The notes under the pieces: model-generated
What the model was told of the DNA's origin: nothing
The model's database searches: none
What the model saw: only the letters and a program-made list of their open reading frames with translations
Program-made: the position numbers and the translations under genes
Source: Eledone cirrhosa
Taxonomy: Eukaryota
Reading direction: 5' to 3'
NCBI GenBank assembly: GCA_964016885.1
Contig: OZ024757.1
Coordinates: 5,952,001 to 6,016,000, forward strand
DNA length: 64,000 nt
In this document: in pieces, positions 26,940 through 40,499 of the stretch
How the letters are laid out: the number at the start of each line of letters is the position of its first letter
Position numbering within the stretch: the first letter of the stretch is position 1

Positions 26940-27549
26940 GGCACTGTCATGGTATTAGCTGTCAGAAGTGAAAGTAGAAGGTGACGTCAATCTTCTCAAT
27001 CCCTTATTTCCGTATCACTATTCCCTTTATTTATGTTTAGGATTTTCTAAGAGATACGTTTACGATGAGATACACTTATTACAAAATAATATGGGGACCA
27101 AATAACCCCGTAATTTTCGAGAGAAACGATAATATACAATGTTATTTAACATGTGTATTAAAAACTACACTAGCTGTTACAATTGTAATTAACGTGTAAG
27201 AACTTAAATGAAAATATAGGTGGCCCTTAAAAGGGCCGGTGTTGAACTTAAATTCGTTTTCTAATTTGATAACCATGACTTGTTTCAACACCAGCCCTTT
27301 TAAGGGCCACCTATATTTTCATTTAAGTTCTTACACGTTAATTACAATTGTAACAGCTAGTGTAGTTTTTAATACACATGTTAAATAAGATTGTATATTA
27401 TCGTTTCTCTCGAAAATTACGGGGTTATTTGGTCCCCATAAATAAAATCATATTCGTAAATAAACGGAATAGTGATACGGAAATAAAGGATTGAGAAGGT
27501 TGACGACTGAGGTCACCTTCTTTCTGACAGCTAATACCATGACAGTGCC
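26940..27549. mobile_element. Foldback/MULE-like palindromic element (copy B)
   Basis: Same element at the same site as 11360-11979. Confidence 0.88.
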
Positions 27550-30500
27550 CTTTATTTCGATCTCTTACATTAAAATGTTGACTGAGGGTGTGGCAACTGT
27601 TTCTTGTTTGATGTTGTTCCAGTGGTTGAAATATAGACGGAGGTAATTAAATAATAAAGACAGTCATGATAACAATATATTTTATATCACATGTAACAGT
27701 GGAATCTGATGATTGAAAAATATCACATCAACATTTCAGTTTGGAAGTGTTTTTTTCTATATATATAAGTGGAGGAAGAAATATATTTTTCTAATGTTGT
27801 TATATATATTTTCACTTGTATATAATTACTGGGTCGTTGTAGGGTTCACATAATTATATTATTTACACACATTAATATAGACATTAAGTAAATCTTTGTC
27901 AACTTACCTCCTTCACATATAATCAATGTATTGTGTTGTTAGTTTTTACTAAACAACCAAAGAAATAATCTCTTTGTTATCAAATTAGAAGTTTCAATGT
28001 TATCAGCTTTATTTCACGACATTAACGTTGGTGTATCTTCTTCATCTTTAGTCATAAATTGATATCTTGTCAGAATGAAGTAGTGAGGCTGACTTTATGT
28101 CTTTAGCTACAGATTAGATAGGAAATATATATATATTAGGTTGATATGGGGTCTAAAATATATATATTGTCTATAAATGACTGATAGCAGATGTTCTGGT
28201 GAAATAGTAGTTTTACTACTACAGATTGTAATGGAACTCTTAGTAGACACAATTGTAAAGTAAGAATAGATATGACAGTGTAAGACTGATGTCGGGGAAA
28301 TACAATTGTGTATATATATATATATATATATAATTGTTACACAAGATATAATTAGATTAATTAAAGTTATAATGAAGACAGCAGGTACCCGGTGTCGTTG
28401 AAAATGTTTCAACTCTCGTACCGGTGTCATACGTTAAAAGTCCCTGGTATAATTTAATACCTTCAGACAGTCCCAATCGTATTTAATCGATGGCAAATCA
28501 GAAAGTATCACTCAGTAAAATATCAATCATATATCTACGTAGTCTCTCACCCTGCTAGAAATAGCAGTGAAATTACCCATTAAGGATTTTTCTTTCTTTA
28601 AACTCTTACGTTTAGTTAAACAATCAAAACAGCAAGTCTTTTGTACAGACTTCAGACTTCAGAATAAGCTCGAAAACCGGCAGAATATCATTCTCCTTCT
28701 TGCTATATATATTTATATATATATATATACACGCACGCACACAATATATATACAGTGAAATTCCGTTATAACGAAATTCACGCAGTATAAAGATAATTCG
28801 TTGTAACGACAAATTCTTTATAACCGAATCAAATCGTTTGTTTGTTGTTCAATTGTATTCTAGTTATGGTGTTTCACATGGAACCTTATATATATAACAC
28901 AGAGAAGTATAAAGTCCAAGTGAAAATATAAGACAACATATAATCTAATAAGAAGGTTAAAGAAAAGAAGGAAAAACAAGTGAAATGAAAGAGAAAGTTG
29001 AAAGGAAAAGTTAGAAAAGAATCATTGAAATAATTATTCTACAAAGTGTTCTGTCTCATTTAGAAAGTGTTTTCTATGTTGGCCAGCTAAAATCTTCCCT
29101 CACTCAATTGTATCAAGTTCATTAGTTAATCCTAACTTTCCTGTAAAAAATTACTGATTTCAAGAACAATTTTTTGGCTAAAACCACTAACAATAACAAA
29201 TATGTTTGTTTCGAGAGAAGGAGTGAAGACCTCTATGTGGTTACTTGACCTGTTGGAAATAGCAGCCAAATTTCTTTCAGGTCACATACCTTCTTGAATT
29301 AGGACGGGACTGTTTGGTGGGCTGCTTTAAGCCCCAGTATAAAGACAATAGGGTACTAAACGAGGGCTAGTTCCCTAATGAAATATATATCAAGATTGAG
29401 TGACCCAAGTTTCATTTTGACATTTTATTCGTAATCACGTGTAACACATGTTTCGTGAATGTATTATATTTATTTCTCCTCCACTGTTTTTGATACATCT
29501 CAAAATTCTGTCTAGGCAGCCGTCCCTGCCGGACGGGTTTTTCAGGGCTCCACTTAAGTCAACATAAGCAACGCATACAACCACGTGCGACTACCCACCA
29601 AAAACAAGAAATCAATCACTGAAATATTGACTTAAATAGCCCTTACAAACCTGAGGTAACACAGCAAAAAGCCCACTTAGCCTTACCAGGACGAAAGCTA
29701 GGACATTCCACAATTTATTACTCATCTGAACGTTATCTCCATAATTATGTGGTTGGTACCGGTACATCTCTCAACAAGATTTCTGCTCTGTTAACCTGGC
29801 TTCCACACACTGAAGCATTAACACTGCAGTAACTCAACCACTCTTACAACACGTGGGTTGTATTTACAAGCAAAAGAAAAGATAACACGTAAAGATTAAT
29901 TCAAACACAAACAAAAAGAAAGATCTATCGCCTTGCTTCTCCATATTTTTATTGAAGATTCCCATCCAACATCTGCTAACACAATAAGTTAGTTTCAGAA
30001 GCCCCAAGTTCGAGCAGTGATTCGTTAATCTTGGTAAAGTTAAACCTACATAATTCAGACTAAGGGTCAGACCTGTAGTAATTGAATGAATTTCTCCACA
30101 ATTTCGCCGTTCATATTATAGATCATCTTGCCTGTGTTGAAGTATGAAACCACAGAAGCATCACTATCGCAGCCTTCATCGTGGTTCAGTGACACTACAT
30201 GCTCAACCCATCGGCCAACAGCTCCTACCCAACGACCAACACAACACCCCACCTAAAGACAAGAACCTTACAGTTAGCAGCCCGACTCCCTCTCTTTTTA
30301 TTTGTATTATGACGATGGTATGATCTGAGTTCAAATCCCTCCGAGGTTAACTTTGCCTTTTATCCTTACGGGGTCGATAAAATAAAGTACCAGTAATGCA
30401 CTGGTGTTGATTTAATCTACTTTCTCCTCCCCCAAAATTGTTGGTCTTATGCCTATATAAGGAACCAATATTATCACCACGGTTATGTTGACAAATAAAC

Positions 30501-30787
30501 TGTTTATTTAGATTTTTAAAAATTTATTTTAACATTAATTTAGATCAATTATAATAATTTTCTTTCATAGACATTAAAATCAAACATAATTTAATCATAC
30601 ATTGTAGTTTTTAATAAGTTAATAATTCATTGTTTGTATATAAATAAATAAAATATTTTATGTGCATAACTGTCCATCTATATGTATACATGTATGTATA
30701 AAAATATATTTACATATATATATATTTTCAGACGTATACACATAAGAGTGTATATATATCTTTATATATATATATTCATATATATAT

Positions 30788-30822
<35 letters not shown>

Positions 30823-30947
30823 CACTTGTAAAATATTTATTCGAATACATATCTATAAATATATGTGTGTGTTTATATATATATATATATATATATCTAT
30901 ATATGTTTATATATATGTTTATATATATGTGTATATAAAATATATAC

Positions 30948-31019
30948 AGGGTCTCCCCAAAAATGTAAGCGCATTTCAACTAGTCTATGTAGGTGTGTAT
31001 ACATTTTTGGGGGACACTG
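30948..31019. mobile_element. Tiny Tc1/mariner-type MITE
   Basis: TA-CAGGGTCTCCCCAAAAATGTA...TACATTTTTGGGGGACACTG-TA; related inverted copy at 31427-31495. Confidence 0.65.
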
Positions 31020-31111
31020 TAATATACATATCATTAAATGTATCTCCTACATGTGTATAAATAAATATACATGTAATTTATTAACAATTTTGTGTAGAAT
31101 CTGTGTCCTCA

Positions 31112-31310
31112 TTTTTGCACCGTCAAGGAAGCACCAGAGATTTCGCAGCCTCAGCGCGTGTTTGTGCATCATCAGCCACGGCATGCCAAGCCCCCCACGC
31201 AATCGGTGTTGACAGCAGATGAATCGTCTGACCATGGGAGCACATACCTTCCATAAAAAGCGGAAGAGGAGGCGCTCCATTTTTGTCAGAGTTGGGCCGG
31301 GGCAATATTT
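31112..31310 (-). pseudogene. Tx1/L1-like LINE ORF2 fragment
   Basis: GC-rich island encoding ERLLFRFLWK..VRR..CCQH..RGGLGMP, the FxW...GGLGxP post-RT signature of the L1/Tx1 clade. Confidence 0.65.
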
Positions 31311-31629
31311 CCCAATTCCACTTAATTCCATTAAATATTCAATCTTGGTCGAAATAAATATTTTCATCTGTGACGATCTGTACAACCAATAATAGTAGGA
31401 GTCACGTTACATGATATGTATATATACAGGGTGTCCCTAAAATATGTATACACATTTACATAGAAGTGTGAATACATTTTGTGGGGGAGACCCTGTATAT
31501 ATTTTATATATACATATATATTAAAAGATGATTGATATATAAACATATATATACACTCATATGTATATTAATATATTTATATATACACTCATATGTATAT
31601 TTATATATATAAATATATATATATATATA

Positions 31630-32064
<435 letters not shown>

Positions 32065-32329
32065 ATCAAAAGATGGTTAAAAGAGTTCCATGTATTTTAT
32101 TATACGCATTTCAAAAACAAATATCATCATGCAATAGTATTTGTGTTTTCATCAGATAAAATAGGAAGACATGGTATGAAGGTTAAAAAACACTTGTGGG
32201 TAGTGCAGTTTTAAATCAATATATGTTTGATCTTATATATTATGTATACTCCATTCCTATGAGCTGTAGAGTTCTTCTTATCCGATATCTGCATTGCTTT
32301 ATTGTACTACAATAAAACTCACCTCCTAC

Positions 32330-32364
<35 letters not shown>

Positions 32365-33190
32365 TTGCGTGTATATGTCTGAAAATATATATATATGCAT
32401 GTAAACACATACCTAAACATACATGTATACATATAGATGGACAGTTATACATATACAATAATTTATTTCTAAACATACATATACCACAAGTAAGGCATGG
32501 TGCTGCCAACTAACCAGACCTCCCTCATAATGGACCAGCTAGATCCCCAAATACAGGCCTGCTAGCCAACACACAGTCCCAATAAGTGTAAGTTACAGCA
32601 CAGCTATCTGGACAGACTTATCTTAAGACTACTCATTATCCCACTAAATCTTTTGTGTACTATATATATACTGTATATATATACTGTTTATATATATATA
32701 TATACACATATAATTGTGTATTCAAACGTTATCTTAGTAATGAAATTAGGTGGATTGGCAGTATCGGTAGAGGGTCGGACGCCATGCTTGCCAGCATAGT
32801 TATGTCCCTTTACGATCTGAGTTCAAATCCCGCTGAGGTTGACTTTGCCTTTCATCCTTACGGGGTCGATAAAATAAAGTACCAGTAATACACTGGGTAA
32901 TTGCTGGCCTTGTGCCTAAAGTAGAAACAGTTATCTTAGTAATGAAATAATTAATAATTTTAGTAAATTGTTCAAAATTCTCCATTAACCCTTTTGGTAG
33001 AAACCCAGCCAAAATTGGTTCTCGTTCTATGGAAATGGTTCCTATCTAAATTAAAGTCTTCCAACGAAATTCTATATAACAACCATATGTTAAGTTACTA
33101 TGTTAGTAATTAACTAACAATTGTGATAAATAGCTCAAAATTATTAATAATTAATTGAAATACAAGGTTCATAATTATAATAAAATCTTC

Positions 33191-33859
33191 GAAAAAGCTA
33201 CGAAGCCGGGAAACCTGAAAGGTACGCAACACACACGTCGCTATAGCGTTTCACCAGCCAATTCTTTCCTCAATCATTACATAGATGTGTGTATGTAACA
33301 CAGTAGATGTGTGTATATGTAACGTAGATGTGTGTATATGTAACACAGATGTGTGTATGTAACACAGTAGATGTGTAGATGTAACACAGTAGATGTGTAT
33401 ATGTAACACAGTAGATGTGTGTATATGTAACACAGTAGATGTGTGTATATGTAACTCAGTAGATGTGTGTATGTAACATAGATGTGTAACTCAGTAGATG
33501 TTTGTGTGTATGTAACACAGTAGATGTGTGTCTATGTAACACAGTAGATGTGTGTGTATATAACATAGTAGATGTGTATGTAACATAGTAGATGTGTATG
33601 TAACATAGTAGATGTGTATGTAACACAGTAGATGTGTGTATATGTAACATAGTAGATGTGTATGTAACTAAAGTGTAACGTACGTTACGAATGGACGACA
33701 AAATGACTTTAACTTGTTTTTTTAACGATTGATGGTGGAAAAGATTTTAAATTGTCTCAACTCAGACCATAAAGGGCCGCAACGCATGGAGTCTGACACT
33801 CTTACCGGCTACATAGCGCGGGAGTTTATTTTACCGGGACCGGCTACATAGCTTCTTCC
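33191..33859. mobile_element. Non-autonomous MULE-like element carrying a minisatellite
   Basis: 10-bp TSD TAAAATCTTC (33181-33190, 33860-33869); imperfect TIRs GAAAAAGCTACGAAGCCGG / CCGGCTACATAGCTTCTTCC; internal GTAACACAGTAGATGTGT repeats at 33280-33670. Confidence 0.8.
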
Positions 33860-34179
33860 TAAAATCTTCCAACATAATTTTATACAAGAACCACATGTTA
33901 AGTTACTAATAAAATAATTAATATTTAAAAACTTTAGTAAATCCTTCCAATGATATCTCAGTAATGAAATAATTAATAATTGTTATAAATACCTCAAAAT
34001 TCCTCATTAATTAAACCCAAGACAGGTAAAAACTCCAGATTCTTTCAGCCGGACATGAAACAAATTAATTTCTAATGGAAGAAAAGATTTTAAAGTCAGC
34101 CAAGGGAGATCACTCTCAGCGACTTATTGTAATTCTTGTTCGTGAATTAATCCGGATTAAATTATTCCGGTGTATTTTG

Positions 34180-34530
34180 TGTGGAGGAAACCGGGTTTAC
34201 ACGGTGATAGCGCGTAATTCCCGAACGTATGGTTCGTGAGTTCGAATCCCAGACCGGGCGGTCTGTACGCTGGGGCCTTGAACAAGACACTTTATTTCTC
34301 ATTGTTTCATTTCACTCAGCTTGCAAAAAAAATAAGTTGTCCCAGTAATTATAGGAGTACGTTGTTACATAGAATTGTCATTCTGAATCTCCCTGAGAAT
34401 AATGTCAACGGTACACGTGTCAATGAAATACCCAGGCATATTATAATATAAGATGGGTTCTATATGTATTTAAATAGGAGGCCATGTCACACGTTTTGTC
34501 TCGCTGAATCTCCCTGAGAACTACGTATAT
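34180..34530 (+). mobile_element. Degenerate tRNA-derived SINE
   Basis: GAGTTCGAATCCCAGACCGGGCG B-box and CTTGAACAAGACACTTTATTTC motif shared with other SINE copies. Confidence 0.65.
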
Positions 34531-34532
34531 AC

Positions 34533-35891
34533 TAGTGACTATCAGACACAGTATATCTAGGACTACATTATCTTATGTGCAGTATAGTAGTTAGTATTAA
34601 TGGCTATCAGACATGGTTTATCTAGGACTACATTATCTAATGTACAGTATAGTAGTTAGTATTAGTAGCTATCAGACATAGTGTATCGAGGACTACATTA
34701 TCTAATGTACAATATAGTAGTTAGTATTAGTGACTATCAGACATAGTATATCTAGGACTACATTATCTAATGTACAGTACAGTAGTTAGTATTAGTGGCT
34801 ATCAGACATAGTATATCTAGGACTACATTATCTAATGTACAGTATAGTAGTTAGTATTAGTGACTATCAGACATAGTATATCTAGGACTACATTATCTAA
34901 TGTACAGTATAGTAGTTAGTATTAGTTGCTATCAGACATAGTATATCTAGGACTACATTATCTAATGTACAGTATAGTAGTTAGTATTAGTTGCTATCAG
35001 ACATAGTATATCTAGGACTACATTATCTAATGTACAGTACAGTAGTTAGTATTAGTGACTAACAGACATAGTATATCTAGGTCTACATTAACTAATGTAC
35101 AGTATAGTAGTTAGCATAGGTGGCTATCAGACATAGTATATCTAGGACTACATTATCTAATGTACAGTAGTTAGTATTAGGGGCTATCAGACATAGTGTA
35201 TCTAGGACTACATTATCTAATGTACAGTACAGTAGTTTGTATTAGCGGCTATCAGACATAGTGTATCTAGGACTACATTATCTAATGTACAGTACAGTAG
35301 TTCGTATTAGTGGCTATCAGACATAGTGTATCTAGGACTACATTATCTAATGTACAGTATAGTAGTTAGTATTAGTTGCTATCATACATAGTGTATCTGG
35401 GACTACATTATCTAATGTACAGTAGTTAGTATTACTGGCTATCAGATATAGTGTGTAGGAGTACATTATCTAATGTACAGTACAGTAGTTAGTATTAGTG
35501 GCTATCAGACATAGTGTATCTAGGACTACATTATCTAATGTTCAGTATAGCAGTTAGTATTAGTCACTATCAGACATAGTGTATCAAGGACTACATTATC
35601 TAATGTACAGTATAGCAGTTAGTATTAGTCACTATCAGACATAGTGTATCAAGGACTACATTATCTAATGTACAGTACAGTAGTTAGTATTAGTGGCTAT
35701 CAGACATAGTGTATCTAGGACTACATTATCTAATGTACAGTATAGCAGTTAGTATTAGTCACTATCAGACATAGTGTATCTAGGACTACATTATCTAATG
35801 TACAGTATAGTAGTTAGTATTAGTGGCTATCAGACATAGTGTATCAAGGACTACATTATCCAATGTACAGTATAGTAGTTAGTATTAGTGG
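34533..35891. repeat. 65-bp satellite, ~21 units
   Basis: Unit GACTACATTATCTAATGTACAGTATAGTAGTTAGTATTAGTGGCTATCAGACATAGTGTATCTAG; period 65 with two shorter variants. Confidence 0.95.
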
Positions 35892-37280
35892 TAATGTTGT
35901 TATATATATTTTCACTTGTATATAATTACTGTATCGTTGAAAGATTCACATAATTATATTATTTACATTAATATAGACATTAAGTAAATCTTTGTCAACT
36001 TACTTTTTCATATATAATCAATGTGTTGTGTTAGTTTTTATTAAACAAAGACAAATTCATTCTTATAGGACTTTCTAACATAGCTATCATCTCCTCTCCT
36101 GATGAGATGTCAACACCAGTTTAACTTCCACCTTTTTATTAGTAGGAGTCAATTCTTTCTCAATATCTTTTTCTCATTTCTCTCTCCTTCTCCGGGAGGA
36201 ATCAGCTGTGTTTAGACCAGGGGTCTAATGAATCTATATGAATCCATACAATATCTGATTTCACTTGAAGTTTTATTCAGATCTCAATTGTGTTCAGACC
36301 TGGAGAGAGGAGATGGGATCCATCAGGTTTTAAAATATGTGCAACAAAGACTGAAATCCACTAGAGTACCCCTACGACTACCCCAAGATTTACAGGTCCA
36401 TACAATATATATATATATATATACATATATATCCCTTTCTCTGGAAGAAATCAAGTGTATTCAGATCTGGAAGAAGGGTGTTGTCTCCACCAGGTCTAAA
36501 ATACCTAATAAATGTTATATGTCACTAAGGTACCCCTATGATTCCACAAGGATTTCCTTTCTTTGGGACTATGTCTGGGTTAACCTGTGAAATAGGGATT
36601 GAGTAACTGTATTTCAGGGAGCTGTTTTGATATAGAAGGGACATCTGTTGGTGTAGGGTTTCGTTGGTGACATAATAAGGTTCTAATACTGTAAAGAGCT
36701 ACCTGAAACACTGTCTGGTACATGTTTTGGAGACATGATCATAAAGCCATGTATAGAGAAGCAGTCAGCAAAGTTAGGATTAACATTGACTATATTGAAG
36801 AAATATATTTTTCCAATGTTGTTATATTTTCACTTGTATATAATTACTGGATCGTTGAAGGGTTCACATAATTCTATTATTTACACACATTAATATAGAC
36901 ATTAAGTAAATCTTTGTCAACTTCCCTCCTTCAGATGTAATCAATGTGTTGTGTTAATTTTTTATTAAACAACCAAAGAAATAATCTCTTGTATTTGTGA
37001 GTTCACTAAAACTAGATGGTGTCTGACAGAACACAGGAGAGATACTAAATAACAGCCTTGTCACTGAGGAGGTTATATAATGTGTGACAAAAGAGCTTTG
37101 ACAATAAACAAATAAACTAACCAACTGGATGTTTATAATAAATGGAAGAGTAAACCAACAATTGCATGAGTTTTTATTGGCAGCATGACTCCCCCCAAAG
37201 TATAACAATATCTGTTTCAACACAAGTTTTCAGATAAGAAACCTTGCTTGACAAATACAAAAACGGAGTGGGTGTGTGTG

Positions 37281-39722
37281 TCATCATCATCACCGTTTTA
37301 CGTCTGTTCTTCCACGCTAGCATGGGTTAGACGGGTTGTCCTGTTGTGGGCAGTGTCTGGTCGGCTGACCATGCCTTGCTCATACAGGAACTGATCTGGC
37401 TTGATTTCTACAGCTGGATGCCCTTCCTAACACCAACCTCATTTACAGTGAGTGCTGGGTGCTTTTTCGTGGCGCCTACACGTCCACTTTACAGTGTGGG
37501 CTGGGTGCTTTTTTGCCGTGGCACCTCCACGACCACCTTGCGGTGGGGGGGGGGGGGGGGGCATATACTTTATATGCTTCAGCATGTAACCATGGGAGGT
37601 CGGGTACCCTGTATTACTGCGTGACGCCAGAAGTCACGGTCGTGTGTCATTGACTTTGAGAGGTGTAGTTGGGTAAGGTCGGCTTTTATCACCTCATCCC
37701 AAGTCATCTTGGGTCTCCCCACTCCGCGGTTTCCATCAACTTCTAGTGCTCTGCACCTTTATATGCAGCTGTCATCCTTCATACGCATCACATGTCCATA
37801 CCAGCGTAACCGCCTCTCCTGCACGCAGCATTTGATTCCTCTTATGCTCAGTCTCTCTCTCAATTCATTTATGCTTTGTCGTTCACGTATATTACTGTTA
37901 CACATCCATCGGAGCATGCAGGCTTCGTTTCTCTCTAATCTACGTAAGTCTTCCACCTTCAGCGCCCAGGTCTCACTACCATGCAACATCGCTGTTCGGA
38001 TACACGCATCATACAGTCTGCCTTTCATTCTGAGGGAGAAGCCTTTTGCAGCTAGCAGTGGTAGTAGTTCCCTAAACTTCTTCCATCCCGTTCTTACCCT
38101 AGTTATTGTACTTTCTGAGCACCCACCTCCGTTGCTAATTCGGTCACCTAGGTAGCAGAAGCTGTCTACTGTTTCTACAGGGCCCTCCCAGAGATTGGTG
38201 GTACTTGTTTCCTGTGGCTGTTTGCTTGCTGTTTCAGCACAGCTGCTGCATGTGAATCCTACATTCTTAATTAAGCTTCCTGAGATCCCGCTACATCTCT
38301 TGTGTACCCATTGTTTGCATTTGTGGCAAAGAATGGAGTTCCTACCTACACCTTTCCTACATACTGAGCAAGGCCATTTCCCTGAGGGGATCTGGGTTCT
38401 GTTTTCTCGTCTACTTATAAGGACCTTAGTCTTTGTCATGTTGACTTTGAGGCCCTTTCTCTCTAGTCCCTGCTTCCAGGTTTGGAATTTATTCTCTAGT
38501 TCTACCATAGATTCAGCTATGAGTGCGAGGTCATCAGCATACAGGAGTTCCCATGGGCATCCGGTCTTAAACTCCTCCGTTATTGCCTGCAGGACTATGA
38601 TGAACAGGAGAGGGCTAAGAACAGAGCCCTGGTGGACCCCAACCTGTACGCTAAATTCCTCGCTATACTCATTGCCAATCCTAACTTTGCTGACTGCTCC
38701 CCTATACATGGCTTGTACCGCTTTCACAAGCCATTCATCTACTCCTAGTTTTCTAAGAGCCCACCAGATTACTGCACGTGGAACTCTGTCAAAGGCTTTC
38801 TCAAGGTCGACAAATGCCAAGTAGAGTGGCTTACTTTTAGCTAGGTACTTTTCCTGTAATTGCCTCACAAGGAAGAGCGCATCAGTGGTGCCTTTCCCTG
38901 GTACAAACCCAAATTGCATCTCGTCTATATTCACCCGGTCCCTAATCAGCTGTGCTATAACTCTTTCTGTTACTTTCATGACCTGGTCCATCAACTTTAT
39001 ACCTCTATAGTTTCCTCTATCTAGTGCATCGCCTTTACCTTTGTAGCAGTTGACAATGATGCTACTGCACCAATCTTTTGGTATGGCCCCCTCTAGTATT
39101 ACCTGGTTAACGATACGTGTGGTTATAGTGTGACTTACAGACCCAGATGCCTTCAGCATCTCGGCAGCTATACCCGATGGACCGGTTGCCTTCCCTATCT
39201 TCATATCTCTGATTGCCTTACTTACTACGCTGCCGCTGACTTGTACTGCTGGTCCCTCTATAGGGTCTACGTGGGGTAGGGTCTCTTCTTCCCATGCATT
39301 CTCCTCATTTAGTAATCTATCATAATGACTCTTCCATGCATCTTTCTTCTCAGCACTTGTGAGGGCAAGCTCACCTTTATCATTCCGGATACACTTCTCT
39401 CCAATGACATCACAACTATCTCTGACACACTGCCTCGCAATCTTGAATACCTCCTGTTTCTGGTCCTCACGTTGTAAAACATGCTTGAATTTTCTATCCT
39501 CTGCTTCCCTCCTAGCTAAGTATACTTGTCGCCTAGCTTCCCTCTTGGTCTCTATGTAATGTACCCTGCTCCCCCCGTTCTTCCATTCTTTCCATGCCTG
39601 TCTCTTGGCCTTGACTGCTTCATCTACCTTATTGTTCCACCACCAAGTCACTCTCCTCCTGCTTGAGGTCTTACTCCAGCCACAAACCTCATCCGTCGCC
39701 TCTAGTAAGTTATTTTTTAGTA
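37281..39722 (-). mobile_element. Young 5'-truncated RTE LINE with intact RT domain
   Basis: ~650 uninterrupted codons (QFGFVPGK, FVDLEKAFD, GVHQGSVLSP, LYADD); one premature TAA at 37759; 3' UTR and (GAT)n tail; endonuclease missing. Confidence 0.95.
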
Positions 39723-40049
39723 TATATATATATATGGACGTACACTCACACACACACATATATACACATATGGACATACACTCACACACACATATATATA
39801 TACACAAAAGACTATAGAAATTTTTCTGAGGCAAGACAATCTGTTGTAATAATCTATATGTATGATTATGTTTGTAAATAAAAACCATTAATCTGGATAC
39901 CTAAATATGGAATGTTACGTGATGGGGCCCCCCACTGCCCCGGCAGACAGGATGGAGAAGGCGTTCCCACGGAGGACGGCAAGGGAGACGCACTGGAATA
40001 TAGGCGTACACTCACACACATATATACACTCACACACACATATATGTAA

Positions 40050-40199
40050 AAGGTAAACAGAAATAACAACACAATCGGTACAGTATATGGAAGGAATACA
40101 TTAGGTTAACACTTGAAATAACAGGTGCTATTTCAAGTGTTAACTTAGTATATTCCTTCCATGTACTGTACTGATTGTGTTGTTATTTCTGTTTACCTT
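40050..40199. repeat. 150-bp near-perfect palindrome
   Basis: AAGGTAAACAGAAATAACAACACAATC...GATTGTGTTGTTATTTCTGTTTACCTT; ~73-bp arms with 6 mismatches. Confidence 0.92.
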
Positions 40200-40499
40200 A
40201 TATATATATATCAACTCTTACGTGGACCTCTCAAATTCATTGGATTTTCACCCTGAACATGGATACCCACCCAGAGTTTACCTGAACTTCCACCAGGAAA
40301 TATTTACATATCACTGATATTTTCTTTGCTCCTCGTATTATATAGAGTTACCTCCCTTTATGATCTGAGTTCAAATCCTGCCGAGGTTAACTTTGCCTTT
40401 CATCCTTACGGGGGCCGATAAAATAATGTACCAGTAATGTACTGGGATAATTGCTGGCCTTGTGCCAAAAGTAGAAACAATTATATCTATCTATCCAAG

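Larger units (their letters stand above)
18666..27907 (-). other. Predicted 5'-UTR intron of ZNF copy B
   Basis: Donor GAG|GTAAGT at 27907; polypyrimidine tract and TTTCAG acceptor at 18666. Confidence 0.6.
14275..28560 (+). repeat. Segmental duplication cassette B
   Basis: Colinear with 1587-13000 (A) and 46455-59600 (C). Confidence 0.9.

Noticed and set aside
28753-28830. pogo-like TIR start TA-CAGTGAAATTCCGTTATAACG
   Set aside because: No matching second end or transposase found
29940-30252. Possible MADF/Harbinger-like relic on the minus strand
   Set aside because: Only a vague resemblance with several stops; cannot be supported without a search
34533-35891. CRISPR-like appearance of regular repeats (also 20627-21240)
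   Set aside because: No unique spacers, no cas genes and a eukaryotic context; these are plain satellites
36050-36700. Possible Penelope-like RT relic and CTGATGA motif
   Set aside because: Too degenerate; no GAAA core or clear RT motifs
38195-38824. 209-aa plus-strand ORF and similar antisense ORFs over RTE and mariner copies
   Set aside because: Shadow ORFs on the strand opposite real coding sequence
39723-39888. N-terminal ~56 aa of the 709-aa ORF
   Set aside because: Read-through into flanking microsatellite; RTE similarity starts at LKNNLLEATDEVCGW
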